Shown: piece after piece, positions 55,355 to 61,555 of the stretch
How positions within the stretch are numbered: position 1 is the first letter of the stretch
How the letters are laid out: each line of letters opens with the position of its first letter
Assembly: GCA_010093745.1 (NCBI GenBank)
Contig: MU005960.1
Span: 124,001-185,555, forward strand
DNA length: 61,555 bases
Direction of reading: 5' to 3'
Source: Piedraia hortae CBS 480.64
Lineage: Eukaryota
The notes under the pieces: generated by a model
Databases searched by the model: none
Seen by the model: the letters and a program-made list of their open reading frames with translations, nothing else
What the model was told of the DNA's origin: nothing
Made by a program: the position numbers and the translations under genes

Positions 55355-56440
55355 TTAATTTAACATACTAGCCTTCCTAAACTCCCAATATCTCCGCCTC
55401 AGCGGATCATATCTCTTCGCGAGGAGATCCAACGCCTCACCCGCACCAGCTTTGTCCCCCTCCTGTAACTTCACCTCTGCCATTAGTTCCAACGCAAACA
55501 AAGACACGACATCTCCCGCCTCTACATATCTCTCCACACAACCCTTCAGCTCTTTCACCGACGAACCCATCTTCGCAGCAACAGCGCGTAGATAATTCCA
55601 CGCGGCCTGATTCTGCGGCGCGAGGTTGATCTTTTCTCTGGTGTATTTCATTTCTTGATCCCATTGGTTCTCGGTCGGGGTGCGGTTGGAGAGTAAGAAC
55701 CAGCGAAAGTTCCACGCGGAGTTGTTGCGTACGTCTTCGGAGATCATGGATTCGACAAAGGTAAGTTCCGAGGGGGAGGAAAAGAGGGAAAAGTGCTCGA
55801 CGAACCATTGACGGTAGCCCCATACGTGGTAGTTTTTGCTGTCGCGGTTGAGCATGGATTGCATGAGGGTGCGTTCGTGGGTAAGGGTTGTGCAGAGGTC
55901 TTCGATTGGTGTGCTTGGGTCTTGTGTGGCTTCGCCCTTGGCCAATGAGGCGTCATTCTCCGTTCCCCATCCGGCGGCGTCATTCTTCGCATCCTTTTCT
56001 TCCGGCGAAGCATCCTTCCCCTCGTGCGTAGCATCCTCCCCTCCCCGCGAAGCATCTCCCCCCACCCCCCTCAAATCCCTACCCCCCGCAATCTTCGTAA
56101 CCAACCAAATCCTATGCCCCCAAATTTGATAATTCTTCTCATTCGCCTCCGCAATCCCATCCAACCACTCCCTCTCCTTTAGTAAATCTTCCCCCACCCT
56201 TTCCAAACACTTCTCCCTATACAACCAAACCGTATAATGCGCGGGATTCATCGAAATAACCTCGCTCGTAAGCTCTATCGCGCGCCGAGAGAATTCGTTC
56301 GCTGCCATGAGGGCGCGAAGATAGGAGATGCTCTCTGCATAGTTGGGTGTGTAGGAGATGGAGGCGAGGGAGCCGTTGGGTTCAGCGGGAGCGGAGAGGG
56401 GGGTTATGTCTGCCCATGAGGGGTCGGTTGGGGAGGGCAT
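55355..56440 (-). CDS. RAM2: Protein farnesyltransferase/GGTase-I alpha subunit
   Basis: WADITP, NPAHYTVWLYR, KNYQIW.HR, DSKNYHVWGYRQW, DVRNNSAWN.R, APQNQAAWNYL, YDPLRRRYW. Confidence 0.93.
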   Translation of the reverse strand: MPSPTDPSWADITPLSAPAEPNGSLASISYTPNYAESISYLRALMAANEFSRRAIELTSEVISMNPAHYTVWLYREKCLERVGEDLLKEREWLDGIAEANEKNYQIWGHRIWLVTKIAGGRDLRGVGGDASRGGEDATHEGKDASPEEKDAKNDAAGWGTENDASLAKGEATQDPSTPIEDLCTTLTHERTLMQSMLNRDSKNYHVWGYRQWFVEHFSLFSSPSELTFVESMISEDVRNNSAWNFRWFLLSNRTPTENQWDQEMKYTREKINLAPQNQAAWNYLRAVAAKMGSSVKELKGCVERYVEAGDVVSLFALELMAEVKLQEGDKAGAGEALDLLAKRYDPLRRRYWEFRKASMLN

Positions 56441-56464
56441 GGCGGTTGGGTGGGTTGGGATGCC

Positions 56465-56672
56465 TTGCTTCGTTGCACCGCGCAGTGAGCTGCTATGTTT
56501 CGTTACGATTCGCTCCGCTCCGCTACGCAGTTGTTGGTGCAGTGCCCGGTACGCTTCGTTCTACTGCGCTACTACGCTCCGTTACGCTGTACGGTGTTAC
56601 GCTACTGAGCTGCTACACTTCATTTCCCTCTGCGGCTGTGTTGCAGTGTTGCTAGCTGCTTCGCTTCGCTCC
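56465..56672. repeat. Degenerate CGCTN/CGTTN microsatellite upstream of RAM2
   Basis: cgctccgctccgctacgc, cgctactacgctccgttacgct, gcttcgcttcgctccgc. Confidence 0.55.
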
Positions 56673-57844
56673 GCGGGGATGCTGGCAGATGAAGTGAGGT
56701 GGGTGCGGGGCAGCTGCATCGGGCCGCGATGCGGGGGAAAAGGTGACGTGATGCAGAAATGAGACCCTGGTGGCAGCATCTAGGCTGTTTGGGAATCGGA
56801 CGTCTTGAACAGCTTTTCGGCCTCGGATTTTGGATGTGGATGCCTGAGGCTGTGCCAAGAAATTGGATTTTTGTGCACTTGGGGCATTGGGGTTCAAATG
56901 CCAACCTCGGATTTATAATAGCACGCCCTGCGCCGAAACCTGACAGTTCGGGCAAGGCGGCTTCGATCTGCGGTAACAGTGGAGAGAGAGAATGTCAAGA
57001 GGCTGTTGATGAGCTGATCGGTATCGATGACGAAAAAGTCGATAATCATTCGTGCAAGGAGCAATGAATGCCAGGAAGTTGGGGATCGCATTCAAGGCGC
57101 GAGAAGAAAAGGAAAACGAATTGTGATGAGAAAAACGATCTACTGGAGCATACAGGGGAGCGAGACCTGGAGCGCGGAGGAGTTCGATAGACTCCATCCA
57201 AGTCTCCAAGGAGGTCTTTACAAACGGAGAATCATCTGTCAACCTTTGCACGTGAGAAAAAGAGGTCGTACCCTCACGCACCAATCTTATCGACAGAACT
57301 AGAGATCAACGAAGCAGACCAATCAGTATTCCAGTCGATGTTGGCGTAGCCCGCACCGCTCACAGTGGCATAAGCAACGAAGAACGAGCTGGGACTGTTG
57401 CCTACTCGGAAACATCATGTATGCTGCATGCGCCACGAGGCGGGATCTTTAATTTGCTGCCACCCTCTGGTCTCGAGATCGACAAAGCTCGCAACTTGAC
57501 CATCACAGAGATGGAGTACTGCTGGATGATCAGCATCTCCGACGAACCAGAACGGTATGGGGCCAGACAACATTGCCGAAACCCACAAGTATGAAACTAG
57601 ACTGTGCTGCTTTGGGTGCATCACTGGGAAGTCCGACGTCTTAAACCAAGTTCTATATCGGCTTCGGCGGGTTCGTTGACGAGCCTGTTGAGTTCTGGCA
57701 GTCAAACTCATGGCGGTCCTCCATAAGGTCAACTTCTGGACATTTAGCTCACTGCAGCTCCGGTGGTCTAATCTTTCCACCGGAAATCATTGAGTTCGTT
57801 GCAACGATGATCGTTGCATGCTTTAGTGTACCAGGCAAGATGTC

Positions 57845-58345
57845 GTGAGGAAGCACCTGGGACGAGCTAACGGCGCTGCGGTGGAAAAAGACCTGCATCG
57901 ATCAATGGCGTTCAGTAATTTTCGCCGCACGCCGTGCCAGTTCATTTTTCTGACGGCAACCCTGCCGCCCTCCATGTGGGCTTCTTCCTCCCTATTCAAC
58001 CACCTCAGCGGTACCGAGACCGTCGTCCGCGCGCCAAGCAACCGGCTCAACACAAGGTACACGATTCAAAGAATCTCTGGCTCTTTCCTGGACAGTGTTG
58101 TCCGAACGGCATGTGATGCCTGGTCTCCCGATCTCACGATGGAAGGTAAAGCCATTTTGTTTGCCTGGACTGTGGAGGACGCCAAGGTGATCCCCTCGAT
58201 GCTCTGTCCTACCCTGCCAGCGGCGGAAACGATACTGAGCGCCGTCAAATCATTCAAGATTGGCTCGTGGACGCCCACCGCCTTTCATCGCCGCGACAAT
58301 TACGCTGGCAGAAGGCTATTACATCCACCGGCCGCAAGATTATGA
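57845..58345 (+). pseudogene. RecQ-like (telomere-linked helicase-type) fragment
   Basis: FIFLTATLPPS (helicase motif III), VRAPSNRLNTRYTI (cf. RxxTxRPNIxY), KAILFA (motif IV-like). No intact Walker motifs. Confidence 0.55.
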
Positions 58346-58739
58346 TTAGGATGTTTGGTCCAACCAGAGTAATAATGTATCAGCAAACATTTCATCTACG
58401 CCAATGAGAGACCTCCGTGATGTTTTCATGTAAAGGGGAGATTGTCAGCCATTCCGACAAAGCAAACTTTGCTTTCACCTCCATGAGTGGCTGCAATGTC
58501 AGGTCAGAGCTCAGGAAGTTTCTCGGTGAGGAAGAAGCGATGCAGACACCAGAGGCATCGAGCTTGTAAAAATGAATATTAGTATCTGGAATGATGGCGT
58601 TGGGTCGAAAGAAGGCAAAAAGTTTGGAGCATTGGATGTGTGGACAGATCTTGTGAAGTAAGCAGCATCTTTGGTAAACTATCCACACCACCCACAGTCT
58701 TTTCATTAAAACAGAGTTTGATGCTCGGCTGAAAAACTA

Positions 58740-58840
58740 TCGCGTACGATTAAGCCCGTCGACCCCAATGCACCCCCGCACGAATGGAAAAGTTGAACGC
58801 CTAAAGGCTACAATGATCACCACGACAATGGATGAGCCAG
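58740..58840 (+). mobile_element. Retroelement integrase core remnant
   Basis: Translates as STPMHPRTNGKVERLKATM (cf. TPYHPQTNGxVERxN). Confidence 0.7.
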
Positions 58841-59799
58841 GTACTTGTTGGCATGAAGCCTCGTTGCTATAAGCATGTGAGCATATATGGCTAGACTTCT
58901 CGGGGTTTTTGCCTCACAGAGGATATTTTCCCTGGGACGTGGTCACGTCACATGATGTGATTGCGGCGGGTGCGGTCCGGACCGTGCCGGAATGTGGGGC
59001 AGTTTTAGCCACTTCACCTCAACCCCTCACTTCCTCAATACCTTAAAAAATAACAAGACAATACAACTCAATGCATGAGCATAATCATGGATACTGTTCC
59101 TGTTCCTATTCTCCGTGTCCATATTGCACATCACGCTGCGCTATATCACCACCTTAAATTCCATCAGTACTCACTCTGCAGAGGCTCTTCGTCGAGCCGT
59201 AACGACCTACATATGGGTATAGCCCATTGTGATAACGTACGTACGTACAATTAAGATGTTCCCTCTTTCCCTCGAATCTCCCTCCTTCCCTCCTGCCTTC
59301 GGCCCGTCCCTCCACGGCCCGTTCTGGCCCTTCCAGACACTGTAATACGTCACACCTGTCACAAATATCACAACACACTTTTTGCTATATGGTGTCGACG
59401 ACAGCAAGGGAAACCTAGTATCACGCCTTCGGCGAGGCTGAATTGACCCAAGATAATTTGCCGCTGTGGGGTTTCGTGGACGGTGGGAGCATCACCTACC
59501 TCGATCGTGAAACAAATCTCGAGATTGAATGTGCGATAGCACATGATGCTATCTTAACGACGTCGCTGAGGTCTTGACTGGATGATGTGCTGATGGCGAA
59601 CGAGCAGCACCCTCCGTGCTGTTTCAAGCCTGCTTGTGCCGGGTCACATCGCTTTACCACGCACAAACCTTTTCGTTCGAAGAAGGTAACCTGATGGGTC
59701 TCAGTCGCACTGGCGGCATTCCGAGCCAAGAAAGAGACCACTGGATGAAAAATGGCCTCTGTATGATGTGTTCTTAGGATATAACCTCCCAGTCGACCA

Positions 59800-59915
59800 A
59801 TTCATACTCCAGAGCTATGAATGGGAGACAACCTGTCCACGACCTATCACCCACAGGCAGACGGGCAGACGGCGCGAATAAATAAAACTCTGGAGGTCTA
59901 CCCTCCAGCACTTGC
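59800..59915 (+). mobile_element. Ty3/gypsy integrase core remnant
   Basis: Translates as LSTTYHPQADGQTARINKTLEVY (cf. STAYHPQTDGQTERxNxTLEQYL). Confidence 0.8.
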
Positions 59916-60214
59916 TTGGACGAAGTCTACTCTGCAGGTGATTTGGCTTTCCATGAAGATCCAATGACCGGGGGATGGCTCTTGGATGAAAAGCATTCGC
60001 AAAGACAAAGGGCAAGATTAAGATGTGTCGACGATACAGCGTAACGTTCATAATGGATGAGTCGACAAACATTCGCAATGAATGCGTTATGGACCTTTGC
60101 GCGATTTGGCCCATTATACATCAAGTCTAGTGTCATTGGCGCTGACCAGCGTCGACGGCAATGAAAAGCTGTACGTGGCATGACGAGTCAAAGGCCTCGT
60201 CAAGTTGGCCGTAG

Positions 60215-60574
60215 GTGGGCCAGCGATTGATACTGTGCACACACAGATTGATCAATGTCTTGTTGGAAGAAAGTGCATCTATCGCAGCAACCCATTTCGT
60301 CGAACTCCTGGCTGTGCGTGAGGCCCCTACCACCCAGGATTTGTTGGACTTCCTGAACCGCATGTGCAGAGTCCCGAATGATGTGCAGAATGCACGCCCG
60401 GAGTGGTCGATTATCCGACAGGACTCTCGGTCTTTTGGGGCCTTTTTTGCCCATTTTGAAAGGCTCATGAACGAATCTAATGCGATTGGCTGGGATGAGG
60501 ACGCAAGAATAGACGAACTCCTTACAGCGATGATTCTACTGGGCTTACTGAAGTGTTGCACTTGCTCGGTGTAA
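60215..60574 (+). mobile_element. Retrotransposon gag-domain remnant
   Basis: LLDFLNRM...QNARPEWSIIRQDSRSFGAFFAHFERLM....GWDEDARIDELLTAM resembles Ty3/gypsy gag. Confidence 0.6.
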
Positions 60575-61555
60575 TGTAGCTCAGATCAATTCATGATGAC
60601 AGCTTCCACGTAGTTACAGTAGAAATGTGCTGGTGGCAGCTTTTGAAGAGATTCTGGAGTGAATCTCCTCAAGCTTGATAAAGAAATGATTCTTAGGTCT
60701 ACTCTGCCGGTGCTATGCCATAGAAAGTCCCAAAGCTTTGTAGATAATCAGCTGCTTCTAGGCTGTCGATCCAAAGGGTTGACTTTACTACATCCCATCC
60801 AGTAGAGTAACAGACTCTCCAACGTATGCCTCTCCTTACTGCACAATCTTCCAAAGCCGGACCATCACCCCTGCAAAATGATCCAATCGCAGTCCCTTCG
60901 GAGCTATGAACTGCCCTCCTGAAACTCCATCTTCGAACCGGCTTCCATTCCAACTTGACTCGTGATAGGTTCACCTCTCCGGCAAAGCCACCCGAAGTTG
61001 TTTCAAGCTGTCTCAAGCTGTCCAGTCATCTCTCCAAACCGTCAAGTTATTTCCATCCCACTGCCCTGCCCAGCACGTTCTCTTCCCCCCTTCTCTATAA
61101 AAAAACCCAACCTTTCCTGACTCATCCGCCAAACCCAACCTACATTCAACATCAGACCTCCAAATATAGCACCAAGCAGAAACAACAACCAACAAACATC
61201 CATCCCTCCAAAAACAAGAAATGAACACAAAAACCCTTCCGCCAATCCATCACTCAAGCCCTCCGGCAAGCATGCAACCAAAGTAGCACACCCCATCCCC
61301 CGCTCCGCGAAGCATCCCTCCCTCTCACCTCCCCCATGCTACTGCGCAGCTCAGACAACGCACCCACCCCCCAGCGCCCCCATTCCCCTACCTCCCCCAC
61401 GCACGTCCATATCTCCCTCCCCTAGAACCCAAATCCTCCTATCCTGCTCCAGAACGAGCTCTATATCAACCCCCGTCCCACCCCTAACACTCACTCGCAG
61501 AGTACCCAAAAACCAACGCAACCCAGAACCAACAAGTCAAAGATGAAGTCAACAC

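Noticed and set aside
59198..59354. cgtaacg...cgtcaca segment as an LTR
   Set aside because: Plausible given nearby integrase relics, but the termini are imperfect and there is no partner copy.
1..61555. tRNA, rRNA, CRISPR arrays, telomeric arrays, secondary-metabolite cluster
   Set aside because: None recognisable by eye. The sequence is fungal and no backbone synthase is present. A covariance-model scan would be needed to exclude small RNAs.

Overview
Eukaryotic DNA from a very compact filamentous ascomycete. The lineage is probably Dothideomycete/Capnodiales-like (inference). Genes are tightly packed and many are intronless; the introns present are 41-64 nt with CTAAC/CTGAC-type branch sites. 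Two gene-dense blocks (about 6.5-31.7 kb and 41.7-56.4 kb) carry GGTase-I beta, INSIG, YTM1, carboxy-muconate cyclase, FCF1, a Csi2-like protein, a CE3 SGNH esterase, MSH3, a hybrid histidine kinase, FAP1/NF-X1, a WD40-cyclophilin, URA6, RRP9, an F-BAR/DEP RhoGAP, STT4, ADE16/17, BEM46 and RAM2. Three accessory zones (1-6.4 kb, 31.8-41.6 kb, 56.5-61 kb) hold a decaying F-box/LRR paralog family and retroelement and helicase relics. The main find is a 4-exon minus-strand gene (7403->6550, 233 aa, one GC-AG intron) that the ORF track shows only as fragments. It encodes a highly diverged MAT1-1-1-like alpha-box protein, and none of the usual MAT-flanking genes are in the window. Two other observations stand out: a mitochondrial-leader/TM ORF separated from URA6 by one in-frame TAA, and a repeating C-rich to G-rich strand skew running through coding sequence.
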